The position numbers and the translations under genes were made by a program. The notes under the pieces are model-generated. The model was not told the origin of the DNA. It saw nothing but the letters and a program-made list of their open reading frames with translations, and ran no database searches. A stretch of DNA of 54,574 bases from Microbacteriaceae bacterium (GTDB lineage Bacteria; Actinomycetota; Actinomycetes; Actinomycetales; Microbacteriaceae): contig JAKONM010000205.1 in the NCBI GenBank assembly GCA_022701925.1, forward strand, positions 1 to 54,574, read 5' to 3'. Shown piece after piece: positions 27,468-36,567 of the stretch (position 1 is the first letter of the stretch; each line of letters begins with the position of its first letter).

Positions 27468-28607
27468 CTAGCGGGCGCGGGTGCCCGCCTGCCAGACCGC
27501 GGTCACGTGGAGGTCCGGGGTCAGCAGGACGGCGTCGGCGGGGGAGCCGACGGCCAGCGAGCCCAGCTCGGGGCGGCCGAGGGCGCGGGCGGGCACCGCG
27601 GTGAGGGCCTGCACCGCCTCGGGCAGCGGCACGCCCCCGGCGACGGCGGTGCGCAGCGCGGCGTCGAGGGTCAGGGTTGAGCCCGCCAGGCTGCCGCTGG
27701 CGAGCCTCGCCGCGCCGTCCTGCACGGTCACCTGCAGCGGCCCCAGCCGGTACTCGCCGTCGCCCATCCCGGCGGCCGACATCGCGTCCGTGATCAGCGC
27801 GACGCGGCCCGGCGCCATGCGGAACAGGGCGGCGACCAGCACCGGGTGCACGTGCATGCCGTCCGCGATCAGCTCGAGCACGACGTCCGGACGCTCGAGC
27901 GCGGCGCCGATGGGCCCCGGAGCGCGGTGGGCCAGCACCGGCATCGCGTTGAAGGTGTGGGTCAGCAGGGAGGCGCCCGCGTCGAACGCGGCCGCCGCGG
28001 TCGCCAGGTCCGCGGTGGTGTGCCCGACGGCCACGCGCACCCCGGCGTCCGTGAAGCGGCGCACCGCCTCCAGCGCCCCGGGCAGCTCGGGGGCCATCGT
28101 GATCTGGGCGAGCGCGCCGTCCGCCGCCTCCAGCAGCGCCTCGAGCGACGCGGCATCGGGCGTCGTCAGCGCACCGGGGTCGTGGGCGCCGCGCGCGTCC
28201 GGGCTGAGGAACGGCCCCTCCAGGTGGATCCCGAGCAGCGCCGGGTCCGCCTTCACGACCGGGGCGAGGTCGGCGACCGCCCGTACCAGCCGATCGACCG
28301 GCGCGCTGACCAGCGACAGCACGGAGCGGGTCGTGCCGTGGAGACGGTGCTCGCGCAGCACCGCCTCCACGGCTCCCGGCCCCTCGGAGGCGTCCGCGCC
28401 GCCGCCGCCGTGCAGGTGCTGGTCGACGAAGCCCGGCGTCAGCACCCCGCCCCCGGCATCGACGACCTCGACCGAGGCGTCCTGGAGGCGGGGAGGGGCG
28501 CCGGCGCCGCGGGCGGCCACCAGGCCGTCGGCCAGCCGCACCCAGTCGTGCTCGACGACGCCGCCGTCGGAGACGATGCGGGCACCGGTGATCAAGGTCT
28601 CGGGCAT
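27468..28607 (-). CDS. nagA: N-acetylglucosamine-6-phosphate deacetylase
   Basis: PGFVDQHLHG, HLEGPFL, HTFNAM, DGMHVHP, LAGSTLT. Confidence 0.96.
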   Translation of the reverse strand: MPETLITGARIVSDGGVVEHDWVRLADGLVAARGAGAPPRLQDASVEVVDAGGGVLTPGFVDQHLHGGGGADASEGPGAVEAVLREHRLHGTTRSVLSLVSAPVDRLVRAVADLAPVVKADPALLGIHLEGPFLSPDARGAHDPGALTTPDAASLEALLEAADGALAQITMAPELPGALEAVRRFTDAGVRVAVGHTTADLATAAAAFDAGASLLTHTFNAMPVLAHRAPGPIGAALERPDVVLELIADGMHVHPVLVAALFRMAPGRVALITDAMSAAGMGDGEYRLGPLQVTVQDGAARLASGSLAGSTLTLDAALRTAVAGGVPLPEAVQALTAVPARALGRPELGSLAVGSPADAVLLTPDLHVTAVWQAGTRAR

Positions 28608-28645
28608 GCCCTCACGCTAACGAGCGCCGGTGCACGCCTCCTCGG

Positions 28646-29374
28646 TCACCGCGGCGTCGCGCCCCGCAGCGCGGTCACGACCAGCGTCCAGGCGACCCCG
28701 TCCGGAGCGTCCACCCGCACGCGGTCGGGCGCGCCGCCGTCGTAGGGGAACTCGATCGGCACGGCCACGCCGCGGCGCTCGGTGACGGAGCGGGCCGCGA
28801 TCAGCTGGTCCGATGCGCCGTCCACGGGCACGGCGCGGCGCACCTGCCATCCGACCAGCGCGGTGTCGGAGGGGGCGAGCACCACCGACAGCCGTCCGCC
28901 GTCGCCCGGCAGCGCGTCGGCGTCCAGCACCGCCGTGGCCGGGCCGCGCCCGTGGAACGACTGCACGACCCCGGCGTCCGTGTACGCCGTGCCGAGCGCC
29001 CGCACGTCGGGCCGCCACACGGCGCGCACCGCGTCCGGGGAGCCGGAGGGGGCCGGCGTGGCGGAGGCGCTGGGAGTCGGCCCGGGCGCGGAGCCGGCGG
29101 CGACGGGCCAGGCCAGCAGACCCCCCGCGACGACGAGCACCGCGACCGCCGGCAGCGCGGCGGACGGCGCTCGGCGGGGCCATCGCCGAGCACGTGCGTC
29201 CCGCGCCGGGGACCGCGGTCCGGGAGCGGGGTCCCCCTGGGGGAGCGCGGGCACCGCCTCGGCCGCGGCCCGCTCGTACCGCTGCCGCTCGGCGTCCCCG
29301 GCTCCCGGACGGTAGAGGGCCCGCCGCAGCCGCTCCCGCTCCGCCGCCGCCTCCTGCACCCCGAGAGGATGCAC
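28646..29374 (-). CDS. LYRP-motif family single-pass membrane protein, copy 4
   Basis: LRRALYRPGAGDAERQRY, one TM, FHGRGP, VRVDAPDGVAWTLVV. Confidence 0.85.
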   Translation of the reverse strand: MHPLGVQEAAAERERLRRALYRPGAGDAERQRYERAAAEAVPALPQGDPAPGPRSPARDARARRWPRRAPSAALPAVAVLVVAGGLLAWPVAAGSAPGPTPSASATPAPSGSPDAVRAVWRPDVRALGTAYTDAGVVQSFHGRGPATAVLDADALPGDGGRLSVVLAPSDTALVGWQVRRAVPVDGASDQLIAARSVTERRGVAVPIEFPYDGGAPDRVRVDAPDGVAWTLVVTALRGATPR

Positions 29375-29378
29375 CCGG

Positions 29379-30509
29379 TCAGGCGCTGCCGTCGAGGTCC
29401 TTCCGCTGCTTGCCCAGCCGGTAGCCGTCGCGCCGCAGCTCGATCTCGTACAGCTTCGCGACGGTGCGCGTGCCGCCCTTGTGCACGATCAGCATCGGCA
29501 CCCTGCGCTTCTTCCTGCCGCGGGGCAGGGAGTCGAACACCATGCCGTGCCCGCCGCCGCGCACCAGCGGCCGCCCCTGCAGCCACGGGCCCTTCAGCCG
29601 GCCGCTCGGCGACACCGCCCAGGTCTGCACGTAGGGGCCGGTGACGGTGCCGTTCGTGCTGTTGGTGGTCTTGCCGTAGGTCGACCACAGCATGCCGAGC
29701 GCGCCGCCCGGCAGCCGGTGCAGCTGCGGGCCGTCGGTCACGTAGGGCGGCAGCTGGTGCACCGACGGGGTCGGCATGTCCTCCGAGATCCACGTCGCGT
29801 CACTGCCCTTGAACAGGTGCACCGGCTTCCCGGCCGCCCCCGACAGGTCGTCCTTCAGCGGCAGCGCCTCGATGGTCCCGTCCAGCTTCTGGATCCACTC
29901 GTGCGCGTAGACCATCCAGGGCTTCCCCTTGTCGTCCTTGAACAGCGTGCCGTCCAGGGTCATGAACGTGGTGGGCGCGACGGAGCGCGTCGGGTCGATC
30001 ACCGTGAAGGGCCCGAGCGGCGACGCGGCGGAGGCGATCACGGTGCCGCGCTTGTACTGCGGGATCTGCACGGGGATGCCGTACTTACCGGCCGGCGGCA
30101 CGGGCAGGGGCTGGTCGGGGTCGTGCAGGGTGACGAACAGGTGCCAGCGGCCCTTCCAGCGGTGCACCTCCGGGGCCCAGGCGCCGCGGCGGCCCCACAG
30201 GTCGGGCGTCACCACGAACACGGTCTGCGGGCGGGACCAGTCGCGCAGGTTCCTGCTGCGGTAGACCATCGTGCCGACGCCGGGCGTGCCCGACAGCTTC
30301 GCGTCGTTCTGCACGTACAGGTGGTGGTGGCCGCTGGCGGGGTCCGCGAGCACGAACGGGTCGCGCAGCGGCATGTCGGGCAGGCGCAGCGGGTAGGAGT
30401 CGGGTGGCGGCACGTCGGCCGACGCCGCTTGGGCGCCCGCGGTGGCGAGGCCTGCCGTGAAGGCGGAGATGCCCGCGGCGCTGAGGATCGCTCGTCTCGT
30501 CAGTGGCAT
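29379..30509 (-). CDS. Tat-exported GH43 glycoside hydrolase
   Basis: TRRAIL signal, LRDPFV, WAPEV, LDGTLF, TDGP, GHGMVF. Confidence 0.88.
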   Translation of the reverse strand: MPLTRRAILSAAGISAFTAGLATAGAQAASADVPPPDSYPLRLPDMPLRDPFVLADPASGHHHLYVQNDAKLSGTPGVGTMVYRSRNLRDWSRPQTVFVVTPDLWGRRGAWAPEVHRWKGRWHLFVTLHDPDQPLPVPPAGKYGIPVQIPQYKRGTVIASAASPLGPFTVIDPTRSVAPTTFMTLDGTLFKDDKGKPWMVYAHEWIQKLDGTIEALPLKDDLSGAAGKPVHLFKGSDATWISEDMPTPSVHQLPPYVTDGPQLHRLPGGALGMLWSTYGKTTNSTNGTVTGPYVQTWAVSPSGRLKGPWLQGRPLVRGGGHGMVFDSLPRGRKKRRVPMLIVHKGGTRTVAKLYEIELRRDGYRLGKQRKDLDGSA

Positions 30510-30648
30510 GCGGAGGGACGCTAGGCGCGGGCGTCCCCCGAACGGGGCTCCCGCGCCGGGGTCGCTCGACACGGACGGTGCGGCCGTCCGCCGTCGAGGA
30601 CCTCCTCGACGCTGCGCGCGAGCAATTCCTGAACCGCGGACGGGTCGG

Positions 30649-31104
30649 TCAGAGCGCCTTGCCCAGGTGCACCGCCGTGGGTGAGTCGGCGTAGAAGCCG
30701 AACGCGGGCACATCCGCGTAGCCGCGGGCGCGGTAGAAGGCGATCGCCGCGGTCTGGGGCGTGCCCGTGGTCAGCAGGGCCCGCCTCGCGCCCGCTCGCC
30801 GCGCCTCGTCCTCGAGCGCGTCGAGCAGGGTGCCGGCGAAGCCGCTGCGACGGCCGGCGGGCCGCACGTACATGCGCCGGATCTTCACGTCGGCCGAGTC
30901 GGCGACCCGGGTCCAGCCGCCCATCGCGACTGCGCGGCCCTCCTGCAGCCCGAGCAGGAACCGGCCTCGCGGCGGTGCGAACTCGGCCGGGTCGGTCGGG
31001 TCGTCGTCGCGGCCGCCGTAGATCTCCTCGTACCAGCGCTGCACCTCGTCGACCAGCTCCAGCACCTGGGGATCGTCCAGACGGGCGGGGCGCAGCTCGA
31101 GCAC
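30649..31104 (-). CDS. GNAT acetyltransferase
   Basis: IRRMYVRPAGRRSG, TGTPQTAAIAFY. Confidence 0.9.
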   Translation of the reverse strand: MLELRPARLDDPQVLELVDEVQRWYEEIYGGRDDDPTDPAEFAPPRGRFLLGLQEGRAVAMGGWTRVADSADVKIRRMYVRPAGRRSGFAGTLLDALEDEARRAGARRALLTTGTPQTAAIAFYRARGYADVPAFGFYADSPTAVHLGKAL

Positions 31105-31142
31105 CCGGGCAGCCTAGGAACGCGCAGCCGGGTGCCGGCCGA

Positions 31143-31616
31143 TCACGCCTGCCGCAGCCAGACGGGGTCGGCGAAGCGGTCGAGCAGCTGGGCGAAGCGC
31201 TCCAGGTCGTCCGGGTCCCAGGCGTCCAGGCGCTCGCGGAGGCCGAGCCGCCGCTCCAGCACCACGGCGTCGGCGCGGGCCGCCGCCTCGGGCGTCAGCG
31301 ACACCCAGGTCGAGCGGGCGTCCTGCTCGTCGCGCTCGTGCTGCAGCAGGCCCCGCTCGCGCAGGTCCTTCAGGTGCCGGCTGACCGCGCTGCGGTCCAT
31401 GGACATCGTCTCGGCCAGCGCGTGCGGCTGCACGCGACCGGCGCGCAGCACCTCCCTGAGCACCGCCCAGGTGACGGGCTGCAGGTCGGCGTCGAACTGC
31501 TGCGCCGCGGAGCGTCCGGCCCGGCGGGCGGCCACCGCGATCCGCTCGAACGACTCGTTGATCGAACGGATCGCGTCCTCGGTCGCCACGGCGCCCACCG
31601 TAGCCGGGGCGGGCAT
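31143..31616 (-). CDS. MarR-family regulator
   Basis: LAETMSMDRSAVSRHLKDLRERGLL...DARS; coupled to the MFS stop. Confidence 0.9.
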   Translation of the reverse strand: MPAPATVGAVATEDAIRSINESFERIAVAARRAGRSAAQQFDADLQPVTWAVLREVLRAGRVQPHALAETMSMDRSAVSRHLKDLRERGLLQHERDEQDARSTWVSLTPEAAARADAVVLERRLGLRERLDAWDPDDLERFAQLLDRFADPVWLRQA

Positions 31617-33304
31617 CAGCGCCGCCCGCCCACCTGCTCGACCGGACGCGCCGCCTCGGTGGTGCCACCGACCTCGTTCGCGCCCAGCTCCATGGCGCGC
31701 TCCGCGTCCGCCTGCAGGCCGGGGCGCTGCTCCGAGTCCGCCAGCTGCTCCGACGCCGTCCTCGTGCCGAGCGGCCGGTTCGGCAGCAGGCAGACGAACA
31801 GCAGCGTGACGAGGGTCAGCGGGGCGGCCAGCAGGAACACGTTCCCGATGCCCTCGCCGTACGCGTTCTCCACGACCATGCGGATCGGGCCGGGCAGGGA
31901 GGACACGACCGGCACCGTTCCGCTGCCCAGCGCACGACCGGCAGCGGCTGCGACCGCGGGGTCCAGCGCGCTGATGCCGTCGCGGATCAGGTCGGTGATG
32001 CGGGTGCCGAGGAACGCGCCGAGCGCCGAGACGCCGAGCGTGCCGCCCAGGCTGCGGAAGAACGCGATGCCCGCGCTGCCCGCGCCGAGCTGCGTGGCCT
32101 GCAGCGAGTTCTGGGTGACCAGCACCAGGTTCTGCATCGTGGTGCCGAGCCCCATGCCGAGGATCAGCATGTAGACGCCGAGCAGCCAGTAGGGGGTGTC
32201 CTGGCGCAGGGTGCCCAGCAGGGTCACGCCGACCACCAGCAGCACGGCGCCGACGACGACGTAGCGCTTCCAGACGCCGGTGCGGCTGATGATCCCGCCG
32301 ACGACCGTGCTCGTGCCGAGCAGGCCGACCACCATGGGCAGCGTCAGCAGGCCCGACTCCGTGGGCGTGTGGCCCTCCGCCAGCTGCAGGTACTGGCTGA
32401 GGAAGACGGAGGTGCCGAACAGCACCACGCCGATCGCGAGGCTCGCCAGCACCGCGAACACGAAGGTGCGGTTGCGGAACAGGGTCATCGGGATGATCGG
32501 CTCGCGCACCTTCAGCTCGACGACGACCGCGGCGACCAGCAGCAGCACGGCGCCGACGATCATCGCCCAGCTCGTGCCGGAGGACCACTCGAACTGCTTG
32601 CCGCCCAGCGACACCCAGATCAGCAGCAGCGAGACGCCGCCGGCGATCAGCACCGCGCCCAGGTAGTCGATCGACACGGCGCGCTTCGGGCGCACCGGCA
32701 GCTTCAGCGTGCGCTGGATCAGCACCAGGGCGATCACGGCGAAGGGCAGGGCGACGTAGAAGTTCCAGCGCCAGCCGAACCCGTCGGTCAGCAGCCCGCC
32801 GATCAGCGGCCCGCCCACGGTGCCGACCGCCATGACGGCGCCGATCAGGCCCATGTACCGGCCGCGCTCGCGCGGGCTGACGATGTCGGCCATGACGACC
32901 TGCACCAGCGCGGTCAGGCCGCCGGCGCCCAGGCCCTGCACGACGCGGAACGCGATCAGCGTGTTCGTGTCCTGCGAGAAGCCCGCCAGGGCGGAGCCGA
33001 TCACGAAGATCACCAGGGCCAGCTGCACCAGCACCTTGCGGTTCACGAGGTCGGCGAGCTTGCCCCAGATGGGCGTGGAGACCGTGGTCGCCAGCAGGGT
33101 GGAGGTGACGACCCAGGTGTAGGCGGTCTGGTCGCCCTTCAGGTCGCTGATGATGCGCGGCAGCGAGGTCGACACGACGGTGCCGGCCAGGATCGCGACG
33201 AACATGCCCATGAGCAGTCCGGACAGGGCTTCGAGGACCTCGCGGTGGCGGGCCCTCTCCTCGGGGGTCTGCGCCGGGCGCGGCGCGGGTGCGGTGCGGG
33301 TCAT
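31616..33304 (-). CDS. MFS multidrug efflux transporter (DHA2, 14 TM)
   Basis: WGKLADLVNRK, SPRERGRY, GPLIGG, WRWNFY. Confidence 0.95.
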   Translation of the reverse strand: MTRTAPAPRPAQTPEERARHREVLEALSGLLMGMFVAILAGTVVSTSLPRIISDLKGDQTAYTWVVTSTLLATTVSTPIWGKLADLVNRKVLVQLALVIFVIGSALAGFSQDTNTLIAFRVVQGLGAGGLTALVQVVMADIVSPRERGRYMGLIGAVMAVGTVGGPLIGGLLTDGFGWRWNFYVALPFAVIALVLIQRTLKLPVRPKRAVSIDYLGAVLIAGGVSLLLIWVSLGGKQFEWSSGTSWAMIVGAVLLLVAAVVVELKVREPIIPMTLFRNRTFVFAVLASLAIGVVLFGTSVFLSQYLQLAEGHTPTESGLLTLPMVVGLLGTSTVVGGIISRTGVWKRYVVVGAVLLVVGVTLLGTLRQDTPYWLLGVYMLILGMGLGTTMQNLVLVTQNSLQATQLGAGSAGIAFFRSLGGTLGVSALGAFLGTRITDLIRDGISALDPAVAAAAGRALGSGTVPVVSSLPGPIRMVVENAYGEGIGNVFLLAAPLTLVTLLFVCLLPNRPLGTRTASEQLADSEQRPGLQADAERAMELGANEVGGTTEAARPVEQVGGRR

Positions 33305-33342
33305 GCGGCTCCTGCAAGTAGTGGTGTGATGTCCACCATACC

Positions 33343-33366
33343 AACAGTGGACAGAAGTCCACTGTT
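33343..33366. promoter_or_regulatory. Perfect palindromic operator upstream of MFS-marR
   Basis: AACAGTGGAC-agaa-GTCCACTGTT next to a minus-strand TATGGT -10 (33335-33340). Confidence 0.7.
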
Positions 33367-33389
33367 CCCGTGTCGGCCGCGCGCGTCGC

Positions 33390-34127
33390 TCAGTCGGTGA
33401 AGGCGACCACCGCGTCCCAGCGCATGCCGTCCCGCACCTCGACCCGCAGGGACTCCGGCGCCGCGCCGACGTAGCGCACGGTCGCCGACTGCAGCGCGCC
33501 CGGCTCCGGTCGCAGCAGGCGCTGCCCGACGGTCTGCTCGTACTGCCGGTGGTCGGGCCGCACCGCCTCGCGCAGGATCGTCCAGCGCAGCGGCAGGGAG
33601 CGGTCCGCGACCAGCACCACCGTGATGCGGCCGCCGGACCGGGCGGCGAAGTCCGGGCGCAGCGGCACGGTCAGGGAGCCGACCCCCTGGTGCTCGTCGA
33701 CCACGGCGCGGGTGGCGGCGGCCACCGCCCGGGGCCGCGCCGACGGGTGCAGCACCAGGTATTGCGCCACCCCCGGCGGCTGCGCGCCCGCCAGGGCCTG
33801 CACGAATCGGGCGCGGTCCGCGGCGGGCACCGGCAGCACGCCCTCGTCCGCCGTGCCGGCGGCGGTCGGGGAGGGAGCGGGGGCCGGAGCGGGCCGCGTC
33901 TGCACCACGGCGGCGACGAGCCCCGCGACGACCAGCGCGCCGGCGGCCGCGGGCAGCAGTCGCGGCAGGCGGCGGGGCGGCGGCGGGCCGGGCGCGGCGG
34001 GCGCGTCCGGAGCGGGCGGCGCGGGCAGGGCGGCGCGGTAGCGGGCGACGTCCTCGCCGTCGGCCCCCGGTCGGTAGAGCCGACGCCGCAGCGCGTCCGG
34101 GTCGGGCGGCGTCCGCTGCTCAGGCAG
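33390..34127 (-). CDS. LYRP-motif family single-pass membrane protein, copy 5 (start uncertain)
   Basis: LRRRLYRPGADGEDVARY, one TM, HQGVGS, LRVEVRDGMRWDAVVAF; nearest starts are CTG 34127, GTG 34214 or ATG 34223. Confidence 0.8.
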   Translation of the reverse strand: MPEQRTPPDPDALRRRLYRPGADGEDVARYRAALPAPPAPDAPAAPGPPPPRRLPRLLPAAAGALVVAGLVAAVVQTRPAPAPAPSPTAAGTADEGVLPVPAADRARFVQALAGAQPPGVAQYLVLHPSARPRAVAAATRAVVDEHQGVGSLTVPLRPDFAARSGGRITVVLVADRSLPLRWTILREAVRPDHRQYEQTVGQRLLRPEPGALQSATVRYVGAAPESLRVEVRDGMRWDAVVAFTD

Positions 34128-34299
34128 TGGTGTCCCGATCGCCGGCGCGGGGGAGGGCGGCCGGTGCGGTGGCCGCCTCGCCCGACTCCCGGTCCGGCGC
34201 CGTGCCGAGCGGACGGCCCTCATCGGGGTCCGGGTGCTGCGCGCCGCCCTCGCCGGCCCGCCGCGCGCGGCCGTGCTCGGGCTGATCGGTGTCGGGCAT
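34120..34299 (-). CDS. Small hydrophilic hypothetical protein (59 aa)
   Basis: GGGAGGAG RBS before ATG 34299; MPDTDQPEHG... Confidence 0.5.
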   Translation of the reverse strand: MPDTDQPEHGRARRAGEGGAQHPDPDEGRPLGTAPDRESGEAATAPAALPRAGDRDTTA

Positions 34300-34390
34300 G
34301 GGGCTCCTCCCGGTGGTCGTCAGGCGATCCTGCCCCCGTCCGCTGCAGCGGCGCCCGCGAACCGTCAGGAGGCGGGCGGAGGATCGCCGC

Positions 34391-35866
34391 ATGCCCGCCG
34401 AGACCGACCCCGCCCGCTCCGTCCTCAGCGGCGGCGCCTACGACCCGGTGCGCACGGAGGAGACGGTGACGGACCTCCGCGTCACCGGGCGCATCCCGGA
34501 CTGGCTCGACGGCCGCTACGTGCGGAACGGTCCGAACCCCATCGGCCCGGTCGACCCGGCGACGCTGCACTGGTTCATGGGCGACGGGATGGTGCACGGG
34601 GTGCGGCTGCGCGGCGGCCGCGCCGAGTGGTACCGCAACCGCTGGGTGCGGTCCGCAGACGCGGCCCGGGCCCTCGGCGAACCGGTGCCGGGCAGCGCGG
34701 GCGTCAGCGTCGCCGCGAACACCACCGTGATCCAGCACGCGGGCACGATCCTGGCGCTGGTCGAGGCGGGCGGCGCGGCCTACGCGCTCAGCGACGAGCT
34801 GGAGACGGTCGGCGTGTGGGACTTCCGCGGCACGAAGCCCGGCGGCTACACCGCCCACCCCAAGCTGGACGCCGCCACGGGCGAGCTGCACGCGATCTCC
34901 TACCGGTTCGACCGGCCGGGCGTCGTCGAGTACTCGGTGGTCGAGCCGCGCGGCACGCTCACGCGCCGAGTCGACGTGCCCGTCACGGGCAGCCCGCTGG
35001 TGCACGACATGGGCCTGACCCAGCGGCACGTGGTCGTGCTGGACCTGCCGATCGAGTTCGACCTGGGCCGCGCCATGCGGGCGGTCGGGGTGCCGGAGCG
35101 CATGATCGGCCCCGGCTCGCGGGTGGCCTCCCGCCTGATCGGACGGGTGCCGATGAGCGGCCGACTGGCCGACCTGGCCGCCAGCCGGCTGCGCAACGGC
35201 GACATGCCCTACAGCTGGTCGCCCGAGCACCCGAGCCGGCTCGGGGTGCTGCCGCGGGACGCGGCGGGCTCGGCGGTGCGCTGGTTCGAGATCGACCAGT
35301 GCTTCGTGTTCCACGTGCTGGGCGCCTACGACGAGGAGGACGCCGAGGGGCGCGCGGTCGCGGTCGTCGTGGACGGCGTGCGGTACGACGAGGTGTTCAC
35401 GGCGAACGCGAACGGGCCGGACGGCGCGACGACGAGGCTGACCCGCTGGCGGCTCGACCTGCTGACGGGCGGCGTCAGCGAGGTGGTGGTCGACGGCCGC
35501 CAGCAGGAGTTCCCGCGCATCGACGAGCGCCGCATCGGCCGTCCCTACCGCTACGGGTACGCCTCCGCGCTGATGCCCGACGGCACCGGGCGGGTGGACG
35601 ACCGCATCCTGCGGCACGACCTGGTCGCCGGCACCACCACCTCCCACAGCCTGGGGGCGGGCACGGAGGTGGGCGAGCTGGTGTTCGTGCCGGCCGGCCC
35701 CGACGCGGCGGAGGACGACGGCGTGCTGATGGGCTTCGTGCACGACGGCGCGACCGGGGAGGACCGCCTCGAGCTGCTGGACGCCGCGACCATGGAGTCG
35801 GTGGCGCAGGTGCACCTGCCGACCCGGGTGCCGCACGGGTTCCACGGCAACTGGCTGCCCGCCTGA
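34391..35866 (+). CDS. Carotenoid cleavage oxygenase (RPE65 family)
   Basis: GRYVRNGPNP, HWFMGDGMVHG, TAHPK, HD, FH, EDDG, PHGFHGNW (four Fe-binding His). Confidence 0.95.
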   Translation: MPAETDPARSVLSGGAYDPVRTEETVTDLRVTGRIPDWLDGRYVRNGPNPIGPVDPATLHWFMGDGMVHGVRLRGGRAEWYRNRWVRSADAARALGEPVPGSAGVSVAANTTVIQHAGTILALVEAGGAAYALSDELETVGVWDFRGTKPGGYTAHPKLDAATGELHAISYRFDRPGVVEYSVVEPRGTLTRRVDVPVTGSPLVHDMGLTQRHVVVLDLPIEFDLGRAMRAVGVPERMIGPGSRVASRLIGRVPMSGRLADLAASRLRNGDMPYSWSPEHPSRLGVLPRDAAGSAVRWFEIDQCFVFHVLGAYDEEDAEGRAVAVVVDGVRYDEVFTANANGPDGATTRLTRWRLDLLTGGVSEVVVDGRQQEFPRIDERRIGRPYRYGYASALMPDGTGRVDDRILRHDLVAGTTTSHSLGAGTEVGELVFVPAGPDAAEDDGVLMGFVHDGATGEDRLELLDAATMESVAQVHLPTRVPHGFHGNWLPA

Positions 35867-35957
35867 GCCGGCGGGCCGGCCCCGGCCGCACGGCGGGCCC
35901 GCCGCGCTCCTGACCGCCCGCTGCGAGGAGGCGCCGGTCGCTCCCGCGAGGAGCAGG

Positions 35958-36560
35958 ATGCGGGTCGTGCGCCAGGCCGTCGACGAGCTGCGCGTCCGGC
36001 TGTACCGGCCGGCGCCGCCGCCCGGCGCGGTCGCGGCCTACCTGGACGCCGTGCGGGCGGCCGACCGGCTTCGGACGACCTCCGCCTCGCAGCCGAGCGC
36101 CGCGCCGCGCCGCCGGCGGGTGCCGATCGGCGCCGGGCTGCTGGCGGCGGTCGCCGTGCTCGTCGTCGGCGGCGTCCTCGCCCTGCGGACGCCTCCCGCT
36201 CCCGCCGGGCACGAGGCCGGGGGCGCGGAGGCGGTGGGCACGTCGGCGCCGAGTCCCGGGTGGCCCCCGGTGACCGGCGTGCCGATCGGCCGCCTCCACG
36301 GTGAGGGGCACGCCGGCGCGGCACGGTTCTCCGCGGCCGGCGAGCACGCCGTGATCGGCGTGAACTGCACGGGGGAGGGGACGCTCTCGGTCCGCATCGG
36401 TCCGGACGACCCGGTCGTGCTGGTGTGCGACCGCGGCGCGGTCGCCTTCGCGCTGGTGGCGAGCCGCACCCCGCTGCAGCGGTTCCGGCTCGAGGTCGTG
36501 CCGGACGGGCCGGTGCGGTGGTCGGCCGCGGCGGGCGCGATCGACCTGCCGCCGGCCTGA
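35958..36560 (+). CDS. LYRP-motif family single-pass membrane protein, copy 6 (most divergent)
   Basis: LRVRLYRPAPPPGAVAAY, one TM, LHGEG, FRLEVVPDGPVRWSAA; two Cys. Confidence 0.8.
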   Translation: MRVVRQAVDELRVRLYRPAPPPGAVAAYLDAVRAADRLRTTSASQPSAAPRRRRVPIGAGLLAAVAVLVVGGVLALRTPPAPAGHEAGGAEAVGTSAPSPGWPPVTGVPIGRLHGEGHAGAARFSAAGEHAVIGVNCTGEGTLSVRIGPDDPVVLVCDRGAVAFALVASRTPLQRFRLEVVPDGPVRWSAAAGAIDLPPA

Positions 36561-36567
36561 CCGCGCC

